DNA of 64,000 bases from an uncultured Spirochaetota bacterium (GCA_963745235.1 CAVUXE010000099.1:128001-192000); one strand, 5' to 3'. Positions 10,632-21,106 are shown, counted from the stretch's first letter. Translations and numbers: made by a program. The notes: generated from the letters alone by a model not told the origin.

Positions 10632-11714
10632 CTAGAACAGGTTCAGGACAGCGCCGACCTGTCCCTTGAGGAATGCTTCGAACATGTGGCTGGCGCCCTG
10701 CTTGAGGTAGCGCTGGAGCTTGGCCACGTCCTTGATGTCGTCCCCCGCAATGGCGATCATGATTGCGCTTCCGTGCTTGACCTTCCCCCATTTGAAAAGC
10801 GTGTTGATGTCGTGGATGCGCTCACCCTCGTAGAAGACGTAGACGTCCAGGCCCGGGTACTTGGTCGTGTAACTCTGGATGATCTTCTTCCACGCCTCGA
10901 CGTTTCCGTTATGGAAAAGCTCGTTCGTCACGGGGATGGAGTACATGGGTGTCATCCGTTTGGGAGCCGTGGTAGCGGCCGCAACGACGGGCCTGGCAGC
11001 CACCGGCGCCGCGGCGGCGGCGGTCTGTTGCGCAACGTAGGACTGGAGCGCCGGCGGCATGACGGGGGACGCTGCCGCGGCGGCGGCGGCCGCAAGGTCC
11101 ACCTTCGGTCTGCGCCCGCGCGGCTTCGGACCCCGAGTCGGTGCGGGGGCGGGAAGCATGGGAACCACTTTCTTCAGGGTGAAACTGCCCTTGGTGAATG
11201 CTGAAGGCGTCTTGATCTTCGACCCCTGGAGAATGGACAGGAGCAGGTTGATGCCTTCCTGATATTTCGGGTCACTGTCTGTATCCTGGAAAGCGCCGGC
11301 GAATATCGTTATCAGCTCATTTTTCTTGAGGCCACGGACGCTTTCCCAATGGGCGCGGTTTTTTGGATTGATGGTCATGACGCCCAGCTCTGGATGAAAA
11401 TAGGTCACCACGAGGTCCAGGGCCCGCCATTTTCCGACCTCCGCGGCAAGATAGTCAAAGTTTTCGAAGTTCTCCGTGAGATTGTAGGACCTGCATACGT
11501 AGCCGTACTTGTCCGCCAGGATGGCGCTTACGGCCGGCAGCACCTGGTCGGGCTCGATGGATTTCTCCACGAGGCACGCGCTGATGATCTCCGCCAGGTT
11601 TGTTTTTCTCTCGAAATCCGCAATGACCCGCATGATGAACTTGAAATGGGACAGTGAGCGGTTGAAGCCGGCCCTTGTGCTCAGCTCGTCAAACGCATGG
11701 AGTTGTTCTGCCAT
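10632..11714 (-). CDS. Hypothetical protein: unknown N-domain, Ala/Pro linker, C-terminal HPr-like domain
   Basis: Intact 360-aa ORF with SD-like GAAGGG; C-terminus YSIPVTNELFHNGN...GKVKHGSAIMIAIAGDD follows the HPr pattern (domain call is inference). Confidence 0.85.
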   Translation of the reverse strand: MAEQLHAFDELSTRAGFNRSLSHFKFIMRVIADFERKTNLAEIISACLVEKSIEPDQVLPAVSAILADKYGYVCRSYNLTENFENFDYLAAEVGKWRALDLVVTYFHPELGVMTINPKNRAHWESVRGLKKNELITIFAGAFQDTDSDPKYQEGINLLLSILQGSKIKTPSAFTKGSFTLKKVVPMLPAPAPTRGPKPRGRRPKVDLAAAAAAAASPVMPPALQSYVAQQTAAAAAPVAARPVVAAATTAPKRMTPMYSIPVTNELFHNGNVEAWKKIIQSYTTKYPGLDVYVFYEGERIHDINTLFKWGKVKHGSAIMIAIAGDDIKDVAKLQRYLKQGASHMFEAFLKGQVGAVLNLF

Positions 11715-11730
11715 TTGATTTTCCCTTCGC

Positions 11731-11752
11731 TGTCACGGCGGTCCCCGTGACA
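11731..11752. promoter_or_regulatory. Stem-loop just upstream of the RBS of the HPr-like gene
   Basis: TGTCACGG-6nt-CCGTGACA perfect 8-bp inverted repeat. Confidence 0.5.
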
Positions 11753-11763
11753 CGCACCGCCGT

Positions 11764-11798
11764 AAATGAAAATGGTGACCCCCGGAGGGGTCACCATT
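11764..11798 (-). terminator. Rho-independent terminator/attenuator after cfpA
   Basis: Perfect 12-bp stem AATGGTGACCCC-4nt-GGGGTCACCATT followed by TTCATTT on the minus strand. Confidence 0.75.
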
Positions 11799-11813
11799 CA
11801 ATTCCCCGTTTGC

Positions 11814-13832
11814 TCAGATCTCTCTCAGACCGACGTCCCCGCCCCTGCGCGGACGGCCCCTCCTGCCCGGCTTGCGGCCGCGCCGCGGAGCGACGTCCAC
11901 GACTCCCTGGGATGCCGTCTTGGCATCAGGTCCTGGAACGTTCAGCATATCAAGGTAGTCAGTCTTTTTGCCTTCACCTGCCGCTGCGGCAGTCTCCTCC
12001 GGCTGCGCCGCGAAGGACTGCGCAATGTCAGCGCGCACCGTGGAGCGCCTGCGGGAGAACGACGCGAATGCGGCGTCCTGGAACCCCTTGGATACGCCGT
12101 AGAGGAACTCGTTGAGCACGTTGGCCATGCCGTCCAGCGTCGCCTTCTTCCTCTTGATGGACGTGATGTTCACGTCGAGGAGCAGGCCCGGCTGGATGTG
12201 GTACGGGTTGATCATGTACTCGAACTTGAGGAAGTTGCCTTCCAGGAAAGCAAGCCGCTCCTCCAGGACTCTTCGCTGGATGGGATAACGGAAGCCGTAG
12301 AGCTTCTGCAGCTTGTCCTTCATCAGGATGAGGCGCTTCTTTACCTCGTCCTTCTCCGCGATGTAAGTCCTGTTCATCCGTTCGACGTCGGTATCACCGG
12401 CCCGCACGAACGTTACTTCGCTCCAGCTCTTCTCGATGTCCTCGTAGAGGGGATCCCCCGTCTTTGCCTTGATCCGCCTCTTGATCTTCCCGCGCATCTT
12501 CTTGGCAAGGTCGTTGAAGTCTACAACGCCCTTCAGGAACTTGGAGTCCTCATACACCATTTCGAGGATGTCCCATGCATGCTGCATTTCCACCTCGAAG
12601 CTCTTGGCCTGCACGTCGTACGACTTGCGCTCTTCCAGGAGCTGCGCCTGGTCGTAGTATTTCAGGCGGATTGCGTAGCGCTCATCAGGCAGGTGAGCTT
12701 CATCCGTGTCCTCATACTCGCGAAGGACCAGCTCGCGCGCGTTCTTGAGGTTTTCAACGTGCTGGTAGCCCATCTTGGAGGTGTCCAGGATGGAGGTGAT
12801 GGAGTTGATGGCAGTGTTGAACCCGCGGTTCCTGATGTTCTCCAGGTCGACGATTCGCTTCAGGTTCTCACGGATATTCACCGCGTCATACTCTTCCGGG
12901 TCGATCTCCGCGCGCAGGCCCTCGATCTTGTCCATGAGGCTCTTGGCAAAGTATGAGTACCTCTTGGACTTGGGGTCGTCCTTGTCGTCCGAGGTGAACT
13001 TCTCAACCCTCTTCATCTTCTCGAAGAGGATCTCTCCGTCGTTCAGCTCTTCCCGGCCCTCATCGATGACCTGATCCTTGAGCTTCTCGATCTCCTTGTC
13101 GATGAGGTCCATGATGTTCTTGGAGATGAGGTCCTTGATCAGGAACTCCACCGTGACCTGGTAGTGGAAGATGGGGCTGATGAGCTCCGAGTCCAGGATG
13201 TTGACCGAGAGCTTCACGTCCGTGACGGTCTTGGGCTTGTAGGCGCTGTCCTTGAAGGAGCACTTCACGATGGAGTACGCGTTCTCACCGCTGATGAACG
13301 CGCCGACATCCGTCTTCTGGCGCAGCAGGGAGTTGGTGAGGTTCTCCAGGTCGTTGACGCCGCGCTGGATGTGGCCCTGCAGGTGTCCGTACATGTTGAC
13401 GATGGATTTCTCGATCTCACCCGTGTTGAACTTGTCGATGCCGCCGATCTGGTCCAGCATGGCCGCGATCTCCTTCGGGGTGTAGCGGGCGAGGGACTTC
13501 ATCTCTTCCTTGTCGATGAAGTTCCTCACCTTCTTCACCATCTCGTCTTCCGAGGTGACCATGAAGCGGTTGAACATGTTCTGATAGTTCTGGTTGAAGT
13601 AGTTGTAGAGCTTCTCCTTGAAGCCACCCATGACGTCGAGCTTCTCGGTGACTTCCTTGGGCAGCTTGGAGGTGATATGATTCATCACCTTGTCGACTTC
13701 TTCGCTCATGAGCAGGTCGACTTCCGCCTGCTGATCCCGGAACTCCTGCGCGAGCGAGTTCCTGGAACCGACGGCGCTCGGCTTTTCCGGATGGAACACA
13801 TTCGGGCTTTTCGGAAGGTCAATAGCAGCCAT
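11814..13832 (-). CDS. cfpA: Cytoplasmic filament protein A
   Basis: N-terminus [25 protein letters not shown] matches treponemal CfpA as I recall it; 672 aa, charged and helical; strongly biased codons; SD AAGGAG. Confidence 0.93.
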   Translation of the reverse strand: MAAIDLPKSPNVFHPEKPSAVGSRNSLAQEFRDQQAEVDLLMSEEVDKVMNHITSKLPKEVTEKLDVMGGFKEKLYNYFNQNYQNMFNRFMVTSEDEMVKKVRNFIDKEEMKSLARYTPKEIAAMLDQIGGIDKFNTGEIEKSIVNMYGHLQGHIQRGVNDLENLTNSLLRQKTDVGAFISGENAYSIVKCSFKDSAYKPKTVTDVKLSVNILDSELISPIFHYQVTVEFLIKDLISKNIMDLIDKEIEKLKDQVIDEGREELNDGEILFEKMKRVEKFTSDDKDDPKSKRYSYFAKSLMDKIEGLRAEIDPEEYDAVNIRENLKRIVDLENIRNRGFNTAINSITSILDTSKMGYQHVENLKNARELVLREYEDTDEAHLPDERYAIRLKYYDQAQLLEERKSYDVQAKSFEVEMQHAWDILEMVYEDSKFLKGVVDFNDLAKKMRGKIKRRIKAKTGDPLYEDIEKSWSEVTFVRAGDTDVERMNRTYIAEKDEVKKRLILMKDKLQKLYGFRYPIQRRVLEERLAFLEGNFLKFEYMINPYHIQPGLLLDVNITSIKRKKATLDGMANVLNEFLYGVSKGFQDAAFASFSRRRSTVRADIAQSFAAQPEETAAAAGEGKKTDYLDMLNVPGPDAKTASQGVVDVAPRRGRKPGRRGRPRRGGDVGLREI

Positions 13833-13864
13833 AGCTGTCTCCTTTTCTCAGTTTAGTCGCGGCT

Positions 13865-13957
13865 AGTAGACCATAAAAGAACCACTCTGGCAAGCACTTT
13901 TTTCCAGTGCCACCAATTTCTCTCTTCCATTTTATAGAATTATAGTGCATCCTACAA
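13865..13957 (-). promoter_or_regulatory. Two tandem sigma70-like promoters for cfpA
   Basis: TTGTAG-17nt-TAAAAT (13957-13929) and TTGCCA-17nt-TCTACT (13893-13865) in an AT-rich divergent spacer. Confidence 0.6.
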
Positions 13958-13985
13958 GCGATTTCAGGCAGGAACAGGAGGCAGC

Positions 13986-15529
13986 ATGAGTATTCGCAGA
14001 AGCCTTCCCGCGGCTTTGGTGGTGTGCCTCATTCTGGCGTCCCCTCTGCTTGCCGACACGCGGACGCAGAACATCGACATCATGATCGCCCTCGACAAGT
14101 CACTTTCCATGGAACATAAGATCGCCGCTGTCAAGGATTGGGTCAACTCATATCTGATCGACCAGGTGGTCATCCCGGGAGACTTCCTCGTCATCGTGGC
14201 GTTCTACGGGAAGGCGGACGTCATCGTGTCACAGGTCATCAAGGATGACGCCGACAGAGCGGCAGTGAAGAAGATCATTTCCGGGATTAGAGGGAATGGA
14301 AGGTTCACAGATATTGGCAACGCCCTGGATGTTTTGAAAGCGCAGATCGCGGAGAAGGAGAAGCGACGGTAGAGACAAGTACGTCCTCCTCCTGACGGAC
14401 GGGATCCAGGAAGCGCCGCCAACGAGCAAGTACTACTCCACGGACGGAAAGTTCAACCACGAGTTCCTCGCCAACACGAAGACCATCCAGGAGAAAGGCT
14501 GGAAGGTCATGATACTGGGGATCGGAACAGAGACCGCCGCAAAGGACCTGGCGACAACGGTCTCCGGTTCCTACACCGAGATCACCGGCAAGGTGAGCCG
14601 GGGGGCCCTCACCCAGTCCGCCGGCGGCCTGTTCGGCGCCGTGGCGCTCAAGGGCGGGGTCCAGGTGGCGCCCGTGGGCCCTGACGGGAGCAGCTCCCTT
14701 GCCTTCACGTTGAAGCCCTCGCTGCAGGGAGACACAAGCATCACGATCAACAGGATAGATGCCCGAATCGGGAACGCCCCTCCGTCCCCTGTGCTCTCCA
14801 CGCCCATGACCATTGCGGTCAAGAAAGGCGCTGATCAGGCGGCCAAGGTGGCGGTAAGGTTCCCTGCGGGCCTGCCCGGCAGGCTCCACCAAGGGCACGC
14901 TTTCATTTTCCTTCCCTCCCGGCCAGGGCTTCAGCCCTTCGGATGTCGAAGTGTCCATCCCTGTGAAAGGTTGGGCTGAAAACAACGAGATCCCGCTTGG
15001 CGCCGCCCTGGTCCTGGTAATCATCGTGATCGTCGCCCTGGTCCTTCTGCTCCGCAGGGTGTCAACGGGAGGAGCACTGTCCTTCGTCGTTCTGGTGGAC
15101 GACTCTCCTCTCAGCGAGGCTCCGGTGAGCCTGGCCTCGGGGCGCGAGCTTTTCCTGAATGAGCTGGAAGGATCTTTCAGTCTCGTCCCCAGGCGGAATG
15201 CCCGTTCACTCGCCCGATTCTTCGTCAAGGACAAGAAGCTCGGCATGGGCGTCCTGAAAACGGACAGGTTCCCGAAGCTGGCCGACGTGCCCGGGGACAT
15301 CCGGGGGGAATCATTTGTCCTGAAGGCGGAGGACGGAAGAAAGCTTGACCTGGAGATACAGGGCAAGTCCGCTGCCGGGGCAGCGCGGACAGGCGATATC
15401 CCCGCCCGGGAAGGCCGGTCCGCGGAGACTGCCTCCAAGCCAGCGCCCGAGCCCGCAGAACGCCCGGCGGCGAAACGAACCCCCCGGGCAACGGCGCCCG
15501 CGGCCAGGCCCAGGAAGAGGGCGAAGTAG
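13986..15529 (+). CDS. Secreted vWA-domain membrane protein (frameshifts near 14370 and 14880-14950)
   Basis: Signal peptide; MIDAS DKSLS, TDIG, LLTDG; TM GAALVLVIIVIVALVLLL; basic tail. Confidence 0.8.
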
Positions 15530-15536
15530 TCTGGCT

Positions 15537-16762
15537 GTGACCTCGGTCTACCTTTTCGACACGGGATCTTTCCAACCCCTGCCCGGGGATCGCGGAAGAT
15601 TTTCGATATTCCCTGCTCCCTTTCTGGGGGAACTACTGCCTTGTCGACTTCATGGTTGCCAATTTCTGGCGCGGGAATGGGAACGACGCGCGCGGAAACG
15701 GCGCGGGGCGCGACTCTGTTCCTCGGGAAACCGAGCTCACCATCGTGCTGGAGGAGTCACCCCGCACGGTCCCGATCGCTTTCTCCTCAAGGTGGAAGAA
15801 GCCCGTCGGGCGGGTCGTTGGGATGGAGGATCCGGTTTCAGAATTGATCCCCCTTCTCTCCGCGTCGCCGTCGGAGAACGTCATCATCGGCTCCCTCTCC
15901 TGTGTCTGCGTCCTTGATACCGCGGCACTCCTCGCGCTGGCGGCCGGTTCGTCGGGAAGGATCATCAAGGTCTCCGTGGCCCGGACGCCAATCGAGATGT
16001 ACGCGATGGGGAAGGAAACCATCGTTTCACTTCTGAAATCGGTGCTGCAGCGGCGGACAGACAGGAAGCCCCTTCGTGAAAGTCTCTTTGCGGGAGCGCT
16101 CCTGGCGTCCATGGATCTTATCGAAGAGGTGCCAGGAGAGATCCTCTTTCAGAACGACCTGATGGAGTACTACCACAGGAACCTCTGGGTCATCGGGAAT
16201 GCGGCGAGCAAGGGGTACCTGAAGATCGTGCACCCGGTTACCCGAGCTTTCCGAAAAAGGGGCGGAATCCCATATTGCAGAGAAAGGACTTGCCCGCAAC
16301 TCCTGGCTCGCTTCCGGTGTCGAGGTGGAAGGCGAGGTGGAAGACTCCATCCTGTTTCCAAACGTCCACATCAGGAAAAACGCCCGCGTCTCCCGGTCCA
16401 TCGTCATGAACGGGAACCGGGTGGGCGCGGGGGGAGACCTGCAGAACGCGCTGGTGCTGCCCTTCTCCGCGGAGCTTTCCCGAACCACGGCCAACATCGG
16501 TGACAACTGCTCCATAGGGTCCAAGTCATCGACGGCACGGAACGTGGACTTTCCGGATCAGATCCGTGACGGCTTGACGGTCATCGGAATGAACTCCGAG
16601 ATCCCTGCCGGGCTTCGCCTGGAGGCGGGCGTCTGCATCGGGCCGGGAGTGACGACCTCGATGCTGCGCAAGATGAAGCTCGTCAAGAAGGGCACGAGCG
16701 TGTTCAAGCCCCGGGCCCCTGAGGCGGAGCCGAGAGAAGAGGCGGAGAAAGGGCGCCGGTGA
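15537..16762 (+). CDS. GlgC/GlgD-like nucleotidyltransferase-family protein with left-handed beta-helix (frameshifts near 15625 and 16240)
   Basis: PFWGNYCLVDFMVAN resembles GlgC PFGGxYRxIDF; VEGEVEDSILFPNVHIRKNARVSRSIVM hexapeptide region. Confidence 0.65.
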
Positions 16763-17739
16763 ACGAGCTCAAGGCAGCGGCAGATTTCCTCAAGCGAACT
16801 GAAAAGCTCATCATCACAGCCCATGAGACGCCGGATGGGGATGCCCTGGGCAGCGAGTGCGCCACCCGCAGGGCCCTGCTCAGCCTGGGAAAAGAGGCCA
16901 TCATTCTCAACTCCGATCCGACCCCCCGCAAGTTCGCGTTCCTGGATCCCGAGAACGCCATCATCGTTCTGCAGACCGAGGACCAGCTTCCTGATGAGGT
17001 TGAGACGTACGCCCTCCTCATGCTCGACACAAACGACATTCACAATATCGGGTCGGTCTCTTCCCTTGTTCTTCCCCGCGTCAGGGAGTACTTCATCATC
17101 GATCACCACGAGAATGAAGAAGACGTGCTGACCGGCAACCTCATCCTGAAGAGCGCCTCCTCGACGTGCGAAATCGTTTATCAACTCCTTCGCGAGATCC
17201 GCGTGGATATCGACGAGGCAATGGCGGAAGCGCTCTACACGGGCATCATCTACGACACGGGATGCTTCATCTATCCGAAAACGACCGAAATCACTTTTGC
17301 GATCGCGCGCGACCTTGTCCAGAAGGGCGTGCAGCCGAATGCCGTCTACGCTCACGTCTACGAAAGCAACTCCATCTCAGCCCTCCTGCTGCAATCGCGG
17401 GTTCTTTCCACCCTGGAGCTGGCAGAAGGAAACCACGTGGCGATCTTGACAATGAACAAGGAAATGCTCAGAGATTCCGGGTCGAATTACGAGGAAGCGG
17501 ACGGGCTCGTCAACATCCCGCTGAAAAGCGAGGACGTGCGGGTTTCTGTCTTCTTCAGGGAAAACATGGAAGGATTGTTTCGCTGCTCGCTGCGGTCAAA
17601 AGGCGGCATCAATGTGGCGGAGATCGCCCAGATGTTCGGCGGAGGCGGCCATAGAACCGCCGCCGGCTTCAAGTGTCGCATCTCACTGGAAAAAACCAAG
17701 CGGGCAGTGCTGGAAAGACTGAGGGTCCATTTCACATGA
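16759..17739 (+). CDS. nrnA: DHH/DHHA1 oligoribonuclease / PAP phosphatase
   Basis: HETPDGDALGS, IIDHH, YTGIIYDTGCF, SLRS, GGGGHRTAAG. Confidence 0.9.
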   Translation: MNELKAAADFLKRTEKLIITAHETPDGDALGSECATRRALLSLGKEAIILNSDPTPRKFAFLDPENAIIVLQTEDQLPDEVETYALLMLDTNDIHNIGSVSSLVLPRVREYFIIDHHENEEDVLTGNLILKSASSTCEIVYQLLREIRVDIDEAMAEALYTGIIYDTGCFIYPKTTEITFAIARDLVQKGVQPNAVYAHVYESNSISALLLQSRVLSTLELAEGNHVAILTMNKEMLRDSGSNYEEADGLVNIPLKSEDVRVSVFFRENMEGLFRCSLRSKGGINVAEIAQMFGGGGHRTAAGFKCRISLEKTKRAVLERLRVHFT

Positions 17740-19257
17740 ACAAGCTACTGCCTCTCGGGCTCCTGGCCGCCTGCGCGCTGCTCCTGGCGGGCTGTCAGCG
17801 CTCCGGCAACGGCAGGGTCGTCATTGTTCCGAAGGTGCCCGCGGATGCGGCGCGCGGCACCGCGCAGGCGGCTCCCTCGGGCATGCTGCTGGCCCCTGTC
17901 ATGCCTCAGCCGCGAATTACCATCGACCCTCGGGACACCGTCCTCCAGGTGATCAACGCCGCCTTGCGCAAAGGCACCCAGGAGGAGCAGCAGGTCATTG
18001 CCGTGAAACGGATGGATGAGGTCGACTCCCCCGTGCGGCTGCTCGTGGTCGACGTGGACCCTGAACGGGGCACGTACTATTTCCAGAGCTGGGAGTCTCC
18101 CACGAACGCTACCGACAACAGGATCTTCAGCCTGGCGGTGAAGGACCTTATCGGAGACCACGACGTGCAGATCGAGGCGAGCGGCATGAACAAGGACGGC
18201 AAGCTCACTCTGGACATCTTCCGCCGCGGCCAGGATCCCCACGGGACCGAGCTGGTCTATGTGCCCGTCTGCCAGATTGTCGCCGACGACATACACGTGG
18301 AAGAGTCGGACCGGCCTGACACCTACACGATGGACCAGAAAAACGGTGACAGCTTCCCGATCGACACGTTCGTTCGTGACCCGGATTCCGCAGGACGTCA
18401 TGGACCTCCTCAAGATCTCCTATCAATGGGTGCCAAAAGAGGGCCGGTACGTGCCAGGCTCTCCTGAGAAGGTCCCGGGAGAAAAAACTGCCCAGGCGCA
18501 GCTCAGCAAGCTCTTCAGCGACTTGACGCCCAGCCCGTTCGAGGACTTCCTCGCAGGATCGTGGATAGAGACGCCGGCTGACGGCGCTCGAACGGGTCCG
18601 AAGCTCACTCCCGCAGAGATCTCTTTCGACCCCAGATCCAGGGAGATCGTGCTTTCAAGCGGTGATACCGCGGAGGTCTATTCCTGGCAGGTCACTGCGC
18701 GGACCTTGTACAACAGCGCCCGTCTGGTCGGAAACAACGAGACGGTCCCTCAGATCAGCCGCACCTTTGAGATAACCGCCCTGTCGACGGTCACCCTCTC
18801 GATAACGGTGGTCGGGGATGACTCGGCGGACAGGGCCACGGTCAGCACCTACTCCCGGGTCTCCGATCAGGCTCAGACCGCGCCGGGCCGGATCCAGGGC
18901 GCCCCGGCCGCTCACGAGCTCCCGACGCTGGCGGGGCAATATTCAGACTCGAAGGGCATTTCCGTCGACTTCCAGTATCCGCGGATGCTCTGGAAGGAAT
19001 CCGGACGGCAGAGGGCGGCGGAGTACGTGCTCTTTCGCCTGGCGGGCAGATTCATCCTGAGCGTTCGCTTCCTCGGAGACAACGACGCCCCAGAAGAGGA
19101 TCGATCATGGGTGGCAGATTTCAGTGAAAGCAGGAATCCTGCGCGGATTTTGCGCACCCTCACTCTCGCTCCCGCCCAGTTGACGGTGCGAGGCTACGAC
19201 GATGCGGTGGGGGACACGATCTCACTCGAGCAGGAGATTACTCTTCGGCCTCGATAG
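17736..19257 (+). CDS. Lipoprotein, pallilysin-related adhesin-like (frameshift near 18390)
   Basis: MNKLL...LLLAG-C lipobox; EEQQVIAVK, DLIGDH..IEASGMN..LTLDIFR resemble spirochaete pallilysin-related proteins; ATGA overlap with nrnA. Confidence 0.65.
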
Positions 19258-19261
19258 GATC

Positions 19262-20572
19262 TCACTGGTCATTCAGAAGGAAACCGCTGAAGCCCGCCTC
19301 GTGAAGCTTGTCCAGAAGAGCGCGTGCTTCGTCAACGGCGAGTCCGGTGCCCGCAAAAACTCTGTAAAGCGATTTGCCCTGGGAGCCGGGGGCGCTTCCC
19401 TGGGTGCCGGAGGCGCTTCCCTGGGTGCCGGAGGCGCTTCCCTGAGCGCCGGGCGCACTTCCCTCCAGTGCGTCGATGCGCAGTGTCGGTGAGAACCCCT
19501 TTTTCGTGAGCTCAGAGATGAGATCATCCGCGTTCTCCTTCATCTGGAAGGAGCCTGCCTGCACCGACAAGGTCTTTTGACTTGTCGGCGGCGCTGTGCT
19601 GGTCGCTGAATCGAGAGCAGCTTGCGAACCGGGCGCCCCGGCGGAGGAAGGCTCGACCGCGGGAGTGGTGGCAACGGCCGGGGGAGTCGTGGCGGCGGCA
19701 GTCGCCGCAGCAGGCGTCGGCGCCGCGGGTGGGACCGTGGACACGCCTGCAGGTGCAGGCGAAGAGGATGGAGGCTCGGGGGATGGAGATCCGCCTAAAA
19801 ACCTTCCCGGCAGCGCCATGAGAGACACATTTGCAGAATCCCGGGCTGTCGTGGAGCCTTCGGCCGCAACGATGGCATACTCCGGGGATTGCGGGAACTT
19901 TGCCTGCAGGCGCCGTGTCGCAAGAAGACGCGCAGCGGGATCGCCGGAGCGCACGGCAATCTGGTAGCTCATCCAGAGGGCCCTCAGGACCACAGACTGA
20001 TCCGTGGCCGAATCCGCAATCCGAGCGAGCTCCGCATTTGCCGGCCCGGAGTCTCCTTTCTGAAAGGAAACGCATGCCCTGAGAAAATCCACTCTCTCGG
20101 TCTCTGAGTCCTTCATCGAAGCAAGGCTGGATTGCAGCGCATCTACATCATTCATTTCCAGCGACAGGAGAAACGCGGACTCCAGGGCTGACGCAGGCGC
20201 CCCCTTGGCAAATGCAGCGAGATAGGCGTCCCTCGCCTCCTCTGTCTTTCCCGCCGCCTCGAACAACCGTGCCAGCCGGGCCATCGTTTCAGGAAGCGCG
20301 CCTCCCGCCCTGGCGCTCTGCAGGAACCTCTTTCCCACTTCGAGGAGCGAGGAAAGATTCTGCTCTTCGGCGAGGTACCGAAACATGACAACAGGCGCTT
20401 GCGCGGAGCCCGGGTTGGAATCCAGCCACGATGCGAGCATGTGGGCCGCCCCCTGGCGGTCCCCGGCCATCTCCTCGAGCCGCGCCTCCTGGAGGGCGGA
20501 GTCGAGCGCTGACGCGCTTGCTGGAATGGCGCACGATGCCAGAAGAATAGTGAGGAGTCGAGTCAGCCGCAT
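19262..20572 (-). CDS. Periplasmic TPR + SPOR-domain protein
   Basis: Signal peptide MRLTRLLTILLAS..; SPOR VQAGSFQMKENA...LYRVFAG...EARALLDKLHEAGFSGF; Pro/Ala/Thr linker. Confidence 0.85.
   Translation of the reverse strand: MRLTRLLTILLASCAIPASASALDSALQEARLEEMAGDRQGAAHMLASWLDSNPGSAQAPVVMFRYLAEEQNLSSLLEVGKRFLQSARAGGALPETMARLARLFEAAGKTEEARDAYLAAFAKGAPASALESAFLLSLEMNDVDALQSSLASMKDSETERVDFLRACVSFQKGDSGPANAELARIADSATDQSVVLRALWMSYQIAVRSGDPAARLLATRRLQAKFPQSPEYAIVAAEGSTTARDSANVSLMALPGRFLGGSPSPEPPSSSPAPAGVSTVPPAAPTPAAATAAATTPPAVATTPAVEPSSAGAPGSQAALDSATSTAPPTSQKTLSVQAGSFQMKENADDLISELTKKGFSPTLRIDALEGSAPGAQGSASGTQGSASGTQGSAPGSQGKSLYRVFAGTGLAVDEARALLDKLHEAGFSGFLLNDQ
19377..19464. repeat. 21-bp tandem repeat x4, in frame, inside the SPOR domain
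   Basis: Units CCCTGGGAGCCGGGGGCGCTT, CCCTGGGTGCCGGAGGCGCTT x2, CCCTGAGCGCCGGGCGCACTT. Confidence 0.95.
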
Positions 20573-20610
20573 CACTCTGACTTGAATATCGGTCGGCGGG
20601 CCCCGCCTGA

Positions 20611-20973
20611 TCAGCTTCGCTTCCTGAGGTTTCCGAAGAAGCGGATAAGGGAGTAGATCCCTGTTCCAATCAGGACGATCCCCGTGGCCCTGATCACAAA
20701 GTCCGCGGCCCGCACGAACCACGAAAGAACCGGGATGTGGCCCAGGAGACCTGTGGCAAGGGCAACCCCCCCGACCACGGCGGTGACAACTCCCAGAGTC
20801 CTGTCTGATTTGGAGCCGCTGAGAGCAAGACCCGCAATCAAAAGGACGGCTCCCGCTATTGTCGCGAACCATGTGCCGCCGGCCAGGATCAGGAGCGCCA
20901 CGCCGCCGCCAGCCGCCATGACTCCATAAACGCCCTGCTTCGCCAATTGGTTCCGGGGAACTATATCACTCAC
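20611..20973 (-). CDS. Small Gly-rich membrane protein
   Basis: SD GGAGG then GTG; 3-4 hydrophobic helices. Confidence 0.75.
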   Translation of the reverse strand: MSDIVPRNQLAKQGVYGVMAAGGGVALLILAGGTWFATIAGAVLLIAGLALSGSKSDRTLGVVTAVVGGVALATGLLGHIPVLSWFVRAADFVIRATGIVLIGTGIYSLIRFFGNLRKRS

Positions 20974-21076
20974 TGCGTGCCTCCATGATCGCTCCCAATG
21001 TACCAGCGACTGACGTCCCCTGTCCACCTCGCCGCGGCCGGGGTCGGCCGGGGCGACGGGCCTGCTGCGGCGCGAG

Positions 21077-21106
21077 TTGACATGGCGCGCGGAAAATCCC
21101 CAGAAT
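21077..21106 (+). promoter_or_regulatory. Sigma70-like promoter
   Basis: TTGACA-18nt-CAGAAT, 6 nt before ATG 21113. Confidence 0.55.

Noticed and set aside
19377-19464. 21-bp repeats as a CRISPR array
   Set aside because: Units are contiguous with no spacers, lie in frame within CDSs, and no cas genes are present.
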